Shown here piece after piece: positions 13,274-25,770 of a DNA stretch of 64,000 nt. Position 1 is the first letter of the stretch. Each line of letters opens with the position of its first letter. Source of the DNA: Eledone cirrhosa (Eukaryota); NCBI GenBank assembly GCA_964016885.1, contig OZ024742.1:205282001-205346000 (forward strand), given 5' to 3'. The notes below the pieces were generated by a model, which searched no databases, was not told the DNA's origin, and saw nothing but the letters and a program-made list of their open reading frames with translations. The position numbers and the translations under genes are program-made.

Positions 13274-13620
13274 GGAGGCACATGGCACAGTGGTTAGATC
13301 ATTGGCCTTGCAATCGAAAGGTTGTGAGTTCAATTCTCAGAGCGGGTGATGTGTTGTTTCCTTGAGCAAGACACTTTATTTCACATTGCTCCAGTTTACT
13401 CAGCTGTAGAAATGAGATGATAGGGACTGGGGTCCATATCATTCCACTGCAAAGTGGTCGTGGAGGTGCCACGGCAAAAAAGCACCCAGCACTCACTGTA
13501 AATGAGGTTGGTGTTAGGAAGGGCATCCAGCTGTAGAAATCAAGCCAGAATCAGTTCCCGTCCCACCCTTGAAAGCAGGGAAAAAGTGGACGTAAAATGA
13601 AATGATAATGAAAATGAAAT
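13274..13620 (+). mobile_element. tRNA-headed SINE with CORE/V-like middle and RTE-derived 3' tail
   Basis: A-box TGGCACAGTGG, B-box GAGTTCAATTC, middle TCCTTGAGCAAGACACTTTATTTCACATTGCTCC, tail nearly identical to the reverse complement of the RTE 3'UTR at 41155-41305. Truncated relative at 62335-62453. Confidence 0.75.
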
Positions 13621-14121
13621 ATGTGTGTGTTGGACCTCAGTTGGTTCTGACAATGAGTGTTCCAGATGATTTGATCAATGGAACGACCTGCACCTGATGT
13701 TAAGGTGCAAGGGTACATGTATCCAAAGATATGTGTACCCTTAAAGTAGTTCTTAGGAGAGTTCAGTGTGTCAAAGCTGGCACTTCAAATTATAGGTACA
13801 ACTCATATTTGCCAGATACGTGTTTTGAAGCAACATGAAATAAAGTGCCACTGGGAATTGAACTCATGGTTGTGTGGTGAAAACCCTGACCATTATGCCA
13901 TGCACCTTCTCACACACACACACACATCCTGCTTCCTATCAGGAGTTGCAACTAACTGATAGCAATGGAAACATAGTTTCTTGGTTAGAATGTTTAGATT
14001 GTTTTCTTGTTTGGTTTATAATTTCTTTGTCTCTCTTACATCAATTTTATCTTGAAATATTAACAGGAAATATAAAATGTTTGGTTTTAAATGATATTTT
14101 TGTGAACTTCCTTTAATGTAG

Positions 14122-14227
14122 GTGAGATATTTGAGCTGAAAGCTGAACTAAACTGTGATAAGAAAGAGAAAAAGAAGGAAGCTGTGAAGAAGGTTATTGC
14201 CAGCATGACAGTTGGTAAAGATGTCAG
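14122..14227 (+). CDS. AP1B1: beta-adaptin coding exon 2
   Basis: tag|..[35 protein letters not shown]..|gtgagt; 106 nt. Confidence 0.95.
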
Positions 14228-14239
14228 GTGAGTACTTTA

Positions 14240-14335
14240 TACTAAACTTACTAGTCAGAGGTTAGTACATTACTAAACTTACTAATCAGGGGTTAGTACA
14301 TTACTAAACTTACTAATCAGGTTAAAGCATTATTA
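14240..14335. repeat. 31-bp tandem repeat, about 3 copies, just after the exon 2 donor
   Basis: Unit TACTAAACTTACTA(G/A)TCAG(A/G)GGTTAGTACAT. Confidence 0.8.
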
Positions 14336-14651
14336 AATCCTAGTAAGTAGGTTATTCAACTAATACCCTGTTTCAGTGTTTATATAAAGCAATACCCTCC
14401 TCGATTCAAATTATGAATTAAATTCTAAGATATATGGAATTTTGCATATCAATTTGAGAAAAAAAAAACAGACTCGTTAACAGGATTAGCCATCTTGTTA
14501 AACTGTATTGTAAAATAAACATTTTATCAATTGAAGTTTATTAGAAAATTATATGAAGCAACATACTGTTATATCTTCAATATAACTTCTAGCTTAGATT
14601 TATTCCTGCAATGTTTAAAAATACATGTAAAAAAATCTTTCTATTCTCTAG

Positions 14652-14787
14652 TGCCCTCTTCCCTGATGTTGTCAACTGTATGCAGACTGATAATTTGGAA
14701 TTAAAGAAGTTGGTGTATTTATACCTGATGAACTATGCCAAGAGTCAACCAGATATGGCTATCATGGCAGTTAACACTTTTGTCAAG
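14652..14787 (+). CDS. AP1B1: beta-adaptin coding exon 3
   Basis: [45 protein letters not shown]; ctctag| ... |gtaatt; 136 nt. Confidence 0.95.
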
Positions 14788-16438
14788 GTAATTGTTAATA
14801 TTTGTTAGAATACCACCTCTGCCTGTAACTCCTGACTATCATATACAACAGCCAATAAAATGTGTTCATGTGTAAATTAAAACCTTCCACCATAATTTTA
14901 GCTATGCATTTTTTGTTGAGTTCCAAACACTGGTTTAATAATGGAAAATTATCTTTAAGAAATTTGGTTATTTTAAAACATTAAAACACAGTGTATTTCC
15001 TTAGAAATATGGTAACAAAATAGATAAATATGATATATATAGTTAAGTGTATCACAGGTTTAATGTTATGGAGATTAACATTGTTACTTTCATCACTGAA
15101 GACTGTCTTTGGATTCACATATACCACATTCCTGACAATAACGACTGTTAATTCCCATCTAGGATCTTCATTTCACTGTAGTCAGGTCTAACATTATTAT
15201 ATACTAGATGAGACAATGTTTTCTTCCTCTTCCTGTCACACACACACACTCTCTCTCTAAACAAACGATATTCCTTTTCTCTCTCTATTTATGTACACCC
15301 CTTTTGCTTGATGCTCCCCCTCCTCTCTCTCTCTATAGATGAGAGCTATGTGGTAACTTTCTGTCTATCCACCTCTTTCTGTCACTTCGAAAACACACGG
15401 CGTTCCATTCTCTCTCTCTAGCTATGTACATATCTTTCGCTTGGTGCTTCTCTTCTCTATATAACAGCAATACTGTTCCACCATTAAACATTAAAAAGTT
15501 ATGAATTTTGTATGTATGTTAGTTTAAAGTAAGCTGCTTCAATGCAGGTTTTTTTACTATGAAAAATAGTCAAAGAAGTTGGGTATATAAAATGTGGACA
15601 GCATTACTGTCTCTAGCGGTTTATTCCATGATTTCTTTGACTACCTTTCAGGGCAAAAAAAAACCTGCATTGAATAACATTCATTCAAAATTCAAAATTT
15701 GCTCAACACTTCATGTTTCAATATTAAAAAGTTAAATAAAATTTTTAATATGTAATTAAATATAGCTGGTTATGGCTGAAAAAGGTGAGAGAATTTTGGC
15801 CAGATACGGCCAGTTTAAATGCTAAAGGGTTAAGTACCTTTTAAAAAAAAACTGAAGTGGTAAATACTGTGCTACTTTTGACCTAAAGTCTGATGAGTGC
15901 TTACCTAAAGCTAAAAAATTACAAATATCATGCTTACCTGTAGCTAAACAACTACAAATCTTCACCACAAACTCTGAACATCCTCTAATGATTTAGCAGA
16001 AAATATCTAAAAAAAAAAAAAAAACCTTTTGTTAATTCAAATGTTTATAGTATATTTACTAATGGACAGATTATTAGTGAAAATTTGCAGTATTAAAAAC
16101 TTCATTTTTAATGTGATGCAGTCATATTGCTGTTTTGTACTTTTCAGGAATGTCTTGCTAATGTAGTTTCATGTGGTTTGCTAATTCAAATGTTTATAGT
16201 ATCTTTACTAGGGGACAGATTGTGAAAAGATTCAGTATTAGAGTAAAGACTTTAAATTTTAATGTGATACAGTCTTAGTACTGTTTTGTACTTTTCAAGA
16301 ATATTTTGTCAATGTGGTTTCATGTACAATAATAGTGCTGTTTTGTACTTTTCAAGAATATCTTGTCAATGTGGTTTCATCTGTTAAGAGTTAATTGGAA
16401 ATTGAAAAAATAATTGTCAATGTTTTCTGTTTCTGTAG

Positions 16439-16684
16439 GATTGTGAGGATAGTAATCCATTGATCCGAGCCCTGGCTGTTCGTACCATGGGCTGCATCCG
16501 TGTTGATAAAATAACTGAATATCTTTGTGAGCCGCTGCGGAAATGCCTGAAAGATGAGGACCCTTATGTTAGGAAGACTGCCGCTGTGTGTGTTGCTAAA
16601 CTGCATGACATTAACTCACAGCTGGTGGAGGACCAAGGATTTTTAGATCTTTTAAGAGATTTGTTATCTGATTCTAATCCGATG
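16439..16684 (+). CDS. AP1B1: beta-adaptin coding exon 4
   Basis: [55 protein letters not shown]...SDSNPM; ctgtag| ... |gtaagt; 246 nt. Confidence 0.96.
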
Positions 16685-17640
16685 GTAAGTCACATTTGTT
16701 TTTGATTTAGAATAAATATGTACTTGTGTGTGTGCATGCATGTGTCTGTGTGTATGCATGTCATGAAAAATAAGGTGGCAGTGCTGGTGCCATGAAAGAG
16801 ACTCCTAGTACACACTGTAAGGAAGGGCATCCAGCTGTAGAAATCAAACCAACAGTGAAGCATGTGAGCAGGATATGGTCACCTGACCTGGCTGGCCTCA
16901 AAATGTAACAACCCATCTAACCCATGCAAGCATGGAAAATAGACATTAAATAGTGATGATAATGATGGTAGTAACTAGAATAGTTATTACCATCATTAAA
17001 ATTCAGGGAGGAGCTACTATCTGTTGGCAACAAAAAGTTTCTCTCTATGAACAATAGGCTGGTTTTATGATGCCTGCGTGTGATGTGCGATGTTGCATGG
17101 TAATGAGACATGAGTTATAAATGCCGAGGATATGTGAAAGCTAGAGTAAAAGGAAGCAAACATACTCCAATGGGTGTGTAATGTTAATATGCACAGCCAA
17201 TAGAGCATGGATGAGCTAAGATAAAAAAAAACTGTGTATAAAAGGAAGCAGATGTGTGCATGAGTGATGACTGCATTGGTATTGAAATTTACTGTGTATG
17301 GATAAAGAAGTGTCAGAATATTGTAGTGGGAGACTGGAAGGTAACTGCAGTAGAGGAAGACCTAGGCAGAGGTGTTGAGAATTGATCTCAAATCATTGAA
17401 GGTCACAGAGATGATGAAGGGACGTCAATGAATGGAAGGAAGCTGTGCTGGAAAAGACTGGTCCAACCATGAATGCATGCTGATGTAAAATATTGATGAT
17501 GATGATAATTTTTAACATATGATGTCTTATTTGCATTGCTGTATCACTTTAAAACAGTTTTCCACACAAGCCAATTACAACACCTTCCTCCCCCTCTCCT
17601 CCTCCCTATGTAATGTATGTTTGTCTCTCTCTTCACTCAG

Positions 17641-17765
17641 GTTGTTGCCAATGCAGTGGCTGCCATATCTGAGATTCTAGATGCTTCACCAAGTGCTCAA
17701 CAAGTATTAGAAATGACTTCTAATACTATTAACAAACTTTTGACTGCTCTCAATGAGTGTACAGA
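17641..17765 (+). CDS. AP1B1: beta-adaptin coding exon 5
   Basis: VVANAVAAISEILDASPSAQQVLEMTSNTINKLLTALNECT; actcag| ... |gtaagt; 125 nt. Confidence 0.95.
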
Positions 17766-17806
17766 GTAAGTACATGATTGCCTATTATCATTATTATATA
17801 TAAAAT

Positions 17807-18216
17807 GGCAGGGTGGTCGATTGGTGATATTGGTAGAGCGTCAGACATGCTTTGCAGCATGAAATTACATTCTGAAATCAAATCCTGCCGAGGTTAACTT
17901 CACCTTTCATCCTTAGGGGTTGGTAAAATAAAATACTAGTAACACACTAAGGTTGATGTAATTCACTTTTCCCTCCTCAAAATTGTTGGCCTTGGACCTA
18001 AATTGGAAACCATTATATATTAAATGGTTGTTGGTAAATTGGCAGTATCGGTAGAGGGTTGGACACCATGCTTTCTAGCATAATTACGTCCCTTTACGGT
18101 CTGAGTTAAAATTCCGTCGAGGTTAACTTTGCCTTTCATCCTTATGGAGTTGATAAAATAAAGTACCAGTAATGTACTGGGTAATTGCTGGCCTTGTGCC
18201 AAAAATAGAAACAATT
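17807..18216 (+). mobile_element. Two tandem tRNA-derived SINEs (GCCTTTCATCCTTACGGGGTCGATAAAATAAAGTACCAG family)
   Basis: Two head-to-tail copies separated and flanked by three copies of ATTATATA(T/A)(T/A)AAATGG-like target sequence at about 17793, 18012 and 18214. Confidence 0.75.
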
Positions 18217-18320
18217 ATATATTAAATGGCTGACTGAGCATGTTTTTACTCCAAAAAACTTTTTTTCGTTTCTTCTTCTCACTCTCCTCTATCTTTCTAT
18301 TTCTTTTATTTTTCATTCTA

Positions 18321-18356
18321 TCTTCTGATGAAGGACTTGCATCAGAAACGTTAAGA
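18321..18356 (+). ncRNA. minimal (dimer-type) hammerhead-like motif, probably decayed
   Basis: TCTT-CTGATGA-AGGACTTGCATCA-GAAA-CG-TT-AAGA: stem I TCTT/AAGA, palindromic ACGT in place of stem III; the stem II closing pair is broken. Confidence 0.45.
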
Positions 18357-18509
18357 CTCATTTCCCAGCAGTTTGGCCTCTGCTCAGTCCCCGTATGAGC
18401 AAGACAAGGTTAGCCGACTGGACACTGCCCACAACAGGACAACCCGTCTAACCCATGCTAGTGTGGAAGAATGGACGTAAAACGGTGATGATGATGATGA
18501 TGATGATGA

Positions 18510-19050
18510 CATGTGAGCTACACAAATGCCATTGTGCAGCCATAGTTGAGTTCAAACTACACCTGCTCTCTTGTCACTGCAGTGCAGGTCGGTTCCCTCA
18601 GCATGTTGCTTTGAATGATGGTATCAGAAGGAGCTTTGACACAACCAGTTTCCTATCAAAACTGGAGTGTTGTTCTCTTACTCCAAACTTATCACATCAG
18701 CCTCAATCCTTGGTACTGTCAAATGTAACATGAAGAAGAAGGTAGCTAAATACCAGGTCTTAACCGACTGCTGTTTTTTGTACTGATCACTTTTGAGACC
18801 TGGTGTCTTTAGTCTCTAAACTGCCATTTTCCTTTGCAAAATTGTGAGAAATGCATCTTACCTAAGAAAAGAGACCCAATGTAGTTAAGATATAGCCTAA
18901 ACTGGGGTATGGTTTACCCTGTGAGGTGAAGTGGTTGTTGCTGGCTGTTATCTACAGGGTACAGCTGAGATATACCAGACTGGGGTGTAGTCTGCTGCTT
19001 CCTCCCTGTATTGTTACTATTTAATTTTTTCTTCCTTCTTTATTGTAAAC
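18510..19050 (+). mobile_element. CRE-like non-LTR retrotransposon relic (zinc knuckle plus partial RLE)
   Basis: HLLSCHCSAGRFPQHVALNDGIRRSF..KLE resembles the CRE H..SC..SAGR..RH..LND.I.R motif; downstream DNA is similar to 1085-1340. Confidence 0.6.
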
Positions 19051-19321
19051 ATATAATTTAATTGAAATTTGATGAATAAATATATATTTGTTTAAAGTCA
19101 AAACAGGTTAAACTAGTGGATGGGTGGGGGCTTTCCAATAGAAGTCTTTAAGCCTTTAGCATTTAAACCGGCCATATCTAGCCAGAATTTGCTCACCTCT
19201 TTCTGTTTAAACTGGCTGTAATTGACCACTCATACTAATGTTAAGGTATTGTTGTCAAATATCAAAATCCCAGATTTGATATTATGTGAAATAATTGTGT
19301 AAGATAAGCCTTTACCGCAAA

Positions 19322-19500
19322 ATTCGCCAAAACTACACCTGATGTCCCCATTCCATACATATACACACGTGTATATCATGACTCATACACTGTTCATTTT
19401 CCTGACGTTTGTACATTACCCTATGTACTATACATACACTTTTGATGAGTTGTAGTGCACCTGAGCACTGTACACAATATTTTCATTATTATTATTATTA
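19322..19500 (+). mobile_element. 5'-truncated CR1/L2 3' end nested inside a piggyBac-like MITE (19148-19540)
   Basis: Matches the end of ORF2 (CGCCAAAACTACACCTGA) and the 3'UTR of the LINE ending at 55420; (ATT)n tail; interrupts sequence that is contiguous in the 9031-9236 MITE. Confidence 0.8.
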
Positions 19501-20156
19501 AAATACATTAGTAAATATAGAGTAATAGCTAAAGGGTTAATAACAAGAGAGATAATTTAGTTAAGAGTAAGATTGAGTTAAATAATAATTGTTTCTACTT
19601 TTGGCACAAGGCCAGCAATTATTCCAGTATATTACTGGTACTTTATTTTATCGACCCCGTAAGGATGAAAGGTAAAGTTAACCTAAATAATAATGTATAT
19701 ATGTATGAACCCATAGTGACATATGGCATGTCTTCATTTTAAAACCTGGCAGAGCTCCTCTCTATGTCTGAACATAGTTGATTTCTTCTAAAGTAGGAGA
19801 GAAGGGAAATGAGAAAGAGATAGTGAGGACGAATCAACTTCAGTACTAGTCTGGTACTTTTTTTATTGGCTTCAAAAATATGAAAGGTAATGTTGATCTT
19901 TGTAGGATTTGAACTCAGTGTGCAGGGAACTGGAACAAATACTGCAACACATTCTATCCTGCATTCTAATGACTGTAAATTTGATATCTCAATAATATAA
20001 ATAGATGGATATTAATTGAAGAAATATAAAGAATCAAGATAGGTATGTTTAATATTAGTAAAAGCTGGTTGTTGGGAAATAAGTGAATAAGATAAAATAG
20101 AAATAATATATATTTTACATGAACTTTAAATTTTCTTTCTTTTCTTTCATGAAAAG

Positions 20157-20225
20157 GTGGGGTCAGGTGTTTATCCTTGATTCTATCTCCAACTTTACAC
20201 CAAAAGATGAAAGAGAAGCACAAAG
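20157..20225 (+). CDS. AP1B1: beta-adaptin coding exon 6
   Basis: WGQVFILDSISNFTPKDEREAQ; gaaaag| ... |gtaaat; 69 nt. Confidence 0.93.
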
Positions 20226-20554
20226 GTAAATCTTTAATTCTGAACAATTACTAAAGAGGAATATCTTTATTTAACGTAAAAGACAAGGCTATGTTTAGAT
20301 CAATTATTCAATAAAAAACATTTTACATTTGGATATGTGAATTGAGTTGCAAGGCAGTTTTGAAAACATTGTGATGATAATAAAATATAGGATGACTTAG
20401 TAACCCAGGCAATTTGTATGAGGAAATAAAACAGAATTTTATTATATTCTGATTTTAAAAAAAAATAATAAAGTATTATCTTTTATGTAAACAGAAAATG
20501 TACATAGCTGAATTCCCAGACTTTTAAGCGCTGACTATATATATATATATATAT

Positions 20555-23500
20555 CAAAATCGCTATTACTCCCACTCTCTAACATATACGTCCCTCTCAC
20601 TCCCTAATATAAATAAGAATGTTACGAAGGACAAAACCTCAGAATTTGTCTACTCTTATTAAATGGTCAGTCGATTCTACGAAAATGTAATGTATTATAG
20701 AACATTTTCTTCTTGTCTCCTTAAAACCTGGTTCATTCATCCATATATATCTACAATCGTTGCTATCCTTGTCCTAAATTAATCTTCTCCACGCTTGTTC
20801 TAAATAATCTCTCTCTTTGCTAACTACCCCATATCCACTCTCCACCTTTACTATTTGGACCAATCACAAGTCAACGGCCTATGCTATCACTACTGGCTGC
20901 TTTTCGATACGATGGATGGACTAAGGAATTTCTAGAGAGTCTGAAGAATCTGGACACTCGATGACAATGCCAAAGATAACGACAAATTCACCTCATGCTG
21001 CCGGACGAACGGGCAAGGCCCCCCCCCTCTTTGTTTCGACCGCGGATGGCCAACATAACCCCAAACTCATTCCCCTCACCCCTCCCCGCGCCCCATCCTC
21101 CAAACACAATCCAAAACATCAGAGTTGGTACCATGAAAGTAGGCACCTTAAAAGGCCGTTCTAACGAGGTTGTAGAATTGCTTGAACGTAAGGAGGTTGA
21201 TGTTTGCTGTATCCAAGAGACCAGGTGGAGGGGCGGGTCTGCTAGATTCATTGTGGGTAAAAAACGTTGCTTTTCTGGGTGGGGAATGACAATGGGATAG
21301 GTGGGGTAGGAATCATGTTAGCAGAAAAATGGGTGGATAAGATAATAGATGTAAATAGAGTGAATGACAGAATAATTAAAATAAGACTTGTTCTAAACAG
21401 AACTACTGTGACAGTAATATCTGCATACGCGCCCCAATCCGGACTGCCTGGCGCTATAAAAGACAGATTCTATGAGACACTGATGCTCACTACCTCCCAA
21501 ATAACCAACAGTGACTATATAATTATTGCTGGCGACCTAAATGGCCACGTTGGACAACATTGTGACGGAATCCACGGAGGCTATGGGTTTGGTACTAGAA
21601 ACGAGGAAGGCTCCAGAATCCTGGAATTCTGTGATGCAAACAACCTAACTATCTGTAACACTAACTTCAAAAAACGAGACAATCACTTGATCACCTACAA
21701 ATCAGGAGAACATACCAGCCAGGTAGATTATATCCTTACCAGAAGACGTGACAGAGTGTCTGTTGTAAACACTAAATCCCTCCCCCATGAAGAATGCACC
21801 TCCCAACAGAGACTGATAATTAGCGACCTCATAGTCAGGACGAGACGTACTAGACAGCAGAAGAGGACTATCCTCAGGAGAAAAATATGGAAGCTAAAGG
21901 ATCCCACAGCCAGAAATAAATTTCAAAGCATATTACTTGATGCTTTCGACAGTAAGGAAGAGCAATTAGAGTCGTACAAAGTAGAGGAACAGTGGGAATT
22001 CCTGAGAGCAAACCTGCTGATGGCGGCAGACGAAGTCTGTGGCTGGAGCAGGCCTGTAGGCAGGAGGAGAGTAACATGGTGGTGGAACAGTAAGGTGGAG
22101 GGGTCAATCAAGGCCAAAAAGCAGGCTTGGAAAGCATGGCGGGATGGGGGAAGTAGAGAAGACTATCAAGTGGCCAGGAGGGAAGCTAGGAGACAAGTGT
22201 ACTTCGCAAGAAGGGAAGCAGAGGAAAGAAAGTTCAAGCATGTTCTACAACGCGAGGACCAAAAACGTGAGGTGTTCAGGATTGCTAGGTAATGTGTCAA
22301 GGAAAACCGTGATATTGTCGGGGAGAAGTGTGTACTTTATGATGATGGCGTACTTGCCATCACTGACGCTGATAAGAAGCTAGCTTGGAAGTGTCACTCC
22401 GAAAGGCTACTAAATGAGGAGAATAAATGGGAGAAAGACAGTCTCCCCCACATCGACCCAATAGAGGGACCAGTAGTGTTAGTCGAAGGTAGTATAATAA
22501 GTAAGGCAATCAAAGATATGAAGACGGGTAAGGCGGCTGGGCCTTCGGAAATAGTTGCTGAGATGCTGAAAGCCTCTGGAACGGTGGGACGCACCATGGT
22601 CACCCGGATAGTAAACCAAGTCATACAGAATGGGGTTGTTCCGAAGGACTGGCGTAGCAGCATCATCGTTAACTGTTACAAGGGTAAAGGAGACGCCCTA
22701 GATAGGAGTAACTATAGAGGCATTAAATTAATCGACCAGGTCATGAAGGTCACGGAAAAAGTAATAGCGCAACTAATCAGAGAGAGAATTGATCTAGATG
22801 AAATGTAGTTCGGGTTTGTGTCAGGCAAAAGTACCACAGACGCTCTTTTCATTGTACGACAACTACAGGAGAAGTACCTAGCTAAAAGTAAACCCCTATA
22901 CTTAGCTTTTGTTGACTTGGAGAAAGCCTTCGACAGAGTCCCCCGTTCCATTATCTGGTGGGCTCTTAGAAAACTAGGTGTTGACGAATGGCTTGTGAGA
23001 GCTATACAAGCCATGTATAAAGAAACAGTCAGCAAGGTGAGAATTAACAACGAATATAGTGAAGAGTTTAGCGTAAAAGTTGGTGTTCATCAGGGCTCTG
23101 TTCTTAGCCCCCTACTATTTATTATTGCCCTTCTGGCTATAACAGAGGAGTTCAAGACCGGCTGCCTATGGGAACTCCTATACGCAGATGATCTAACGCT
23201 CATAGCTGAATCAATGGCCGAGCTAGAGAAGAAATTCCAAACATGGAAGCACGGCCTAGAATCAAAAGGCCTTAAAATTAACCTGGCTAAGACTAAAGTT
23301 CTAGTTTGTAGGAAAGAAAATAAGGCGCCGGTCCCTTCCGAGAAATGGCCATGCTCAGTGTGTAGGAAAGGCGTAGGTAGAAACTCCATTTTATGTCCCA
23401 AATGCAAAGTATGGGTGCATAAAAGATGTAGTGGAATCACAGGTAAGCTAACTAAGAACACAGATTTTACATGTGGCCGGTGCTCTGGTGCAATAAGTAA

Positions 23501-24646
23501 CAGCAAGTGCCCACAGAATACTAGCTCTTTCAATTGCACAGAGGGTTCTATAGAAATAGTGGACAGCTTCCGTTACCTGGGTGACAAAATCAGCAGTGGG
23601 GGAGGGTGCTCTGAAAGTACAGTAGCTAGAGTCAGAACTGAATGGAAAAAGTTCAGAGAGCTTATACCACTGTTAGCCGCTAAAGGGTTCTCCCTAAAAA
23701 TGAAAGGCAGGTTGTATGATGCCTGCATACGAACAGCAATGTTGCATGGCAGTGAGACCTGGGCATTGTGTGCAGAGGATATACGCAGACTAGAGAGGAA
23801 CGAAGCTTGCATGCTCCGCTGGATGTGTAATAGTAATATACGTGAATGGCAAAGCATAAACGAACTAAGGAAAAAATTAGAAATAAGAGGGATCAGATGT
23901 TGTTTACTCGAGAGAAGGCTACGTTGGTATGGTCACGTGATGCGCATTAAAGACGACAGCTGTATAACAAAGTGCAGGGCAATAAAGATAGATGGTAGCC
24001 ACGGAGTAGGCAGACCCAGAAAAACCTGGGACGAGCTGATAAATTCCGACCTCACACACTTACACCTCTCCAAGACAATGTCACTGGACCGAGACCTTTG
24101 GCGGTACTCAGTAATAGAGAAGACCCGCCTTACCTAAATACAAAGTAAAACCTACTACAGTCAGTAGGCATCTCTAACAAAATACCCCCCCCCCCCCCCC
24201 CATCCACACCGCACCTTTCAATGTAAAGTTATGTTGGTGCCACAACATCCAGGCCGAAACAAATGAGATCGTGTAGGTGTCACGACAAAAAACACACAGT
24301 CCACGCTGTAATGTGGCCGTGTAGGCAACACGGTAAAAACCTCCCAGTCCCACACTGTAAATGTGGTTGGTGTTAGGAAGGGCATCCAGCTGTAGAAAAC
24401 ACGCCAGACAGTCCACGCTGTAATGTGGCCGTGTAGGCAACACGGTAAAAACCTCCCAGCCCCACACTGTAAATGTGGTTGGTGTTAGGAAGGGCATCCA
24501 GCTGTAGAAAACCCGCCAGACAGTCCTATGCGAGCAAGACAACCACTCTTGCCTCTAGTGGGAAAACTCCCGTCCAAACCCATGCAAGCGTGGAACATGG
24601 ACGTTAAACGATGGCGGCGGTGGTGGTGGTGGTGGTGGTGGTGGTT
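20555..24646 (+). mobile_element. Near full-length RTE-clade LINE (APE endonuclease plus RT), inactivated; in intron 6
   Basis: APE motifs IQETRW, SAYAP, AGDLN, VDYIL; RT motifs FVDLEKAFD, GVHQGSVLSP, LYADD. One frameshift at about 21268 and in-frame stops at 22290-22292 and 22806-22808. (TGG)n tail; flanked on both sides by (TA)n. Confidence 0.93.
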
Positions 24647-25369
24647 ATATATATATATAAGAAGAAATTATAAGATGGTTAAAAAAGTTCCATGTATTTT
24701 ATTATACGCATTTCAAAAACAAATATCATCCAGGGACGATATTTGTGTTCTCATCAGATAAAATAGGGAGACATGATATGAAACTTAAAAAAGACACTTG
24801 TGAGCAAGGTAGTGTCTAAACAACATATGACCACTTAAATAATGAATCTGCTTTACACCACATAAAAATTACTATCCTCACTACAATGAAAATATTTTAT
24901 CTGTCAGATAATAAATAATTCTTACGGTCTGCAAACCTACGGTAAAAGAAATGGTACATTGTTTCAAGCCCCGGCTTATCTCTACACTATATATAATACA
25001 CCCCATGACAGCTTTTACATGTCAATTTCATACATCTGCCTCATATCAGCTCGTTTTACATGCTAAAGTTATAAGTATACTCTGTCTTACTTAGATTGAT
25101 GTGATTATTTCAACTAATTTACTGCTAGCATTGTTAGTATTGTTATTATTGTTCTGATTTAATGCCACTACTATATGTAGAAGCCATGCCTGTGTATTCC
25201 CTTCATTCTTGCAAGCTCTGAGGAATTGACTGGTTATAACTATGTATTGGTGATCGATTGATACAGAAACAGGCGGGTAGCGATCTCTAGACCTACCAGT
25301 TCAGAGAAACAAGTGTCAGCAATGTGATTAAAGCCCTTATTGTATAGCAAACCGTGTCACTCTTTCTTG

Positions 25370-25414
<45 letters not shown>

Positions 25415-25518
25415 AATACATCTTCTCTTTTCATGATATTTGGATTACATTGAGTTCTTCATACAGATTGGACACTACCGTATATTTTGGTAGATTTCTC
25501 TCTCTATAGACACACACA

Positions 25519-25652
25519 CACAGGATGATGTGCTCCTCAAGTGCAGAGTTGCTATAAAACAGGGTGAAGTCCCTTAAAAGACGGAAAAAGAAGTTGTCTA
25601 TTCCATAAGCTATTTAATAGCATCTCTGCGCTTGAGCACATCACCCCTTGTG
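25519..25652. mobile_element. short Tc1/mariner-like MITE
   Basis: Imperfect inverted ends CACAGGATGATGTGCTC..CAAGTGCAGAG / CTCTGCGCTTGAGCACATCACCCCTTGTG. Confidence 0.4.
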
Positions 25653-25770
25653 TGCGCACGCACACACTTTTATGTTATTTTAAGTATTGTCTGAGTTTCT
25701 AAGTTATTTTATATTTTACTTTTAAATAGACACATATAAATTCATTATTGCAATGTTTTTCCAATTTCAG

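Noticed and set aside
13274-13345. tRNA genes at SINE heads (also 58957 and 62335)
   Set aside because: A/B boxes are present, but no full cloverleaf was evident and each continues into a SINE body.
14118-14128. AG|GTGAGA at the exon 2 acceptor as a recursive splice site
   Set aside because: Explained by the conserved Gly-Glu codons; the intron is short and there is no other support.
7115-15900. Other CTGANGA hits (7118 CTGACGA, 11671 minus strand, 15890 CTGATGA) as hammerheads
   Set aside because: No correctly spaced GAAA with stems I-III could be built.
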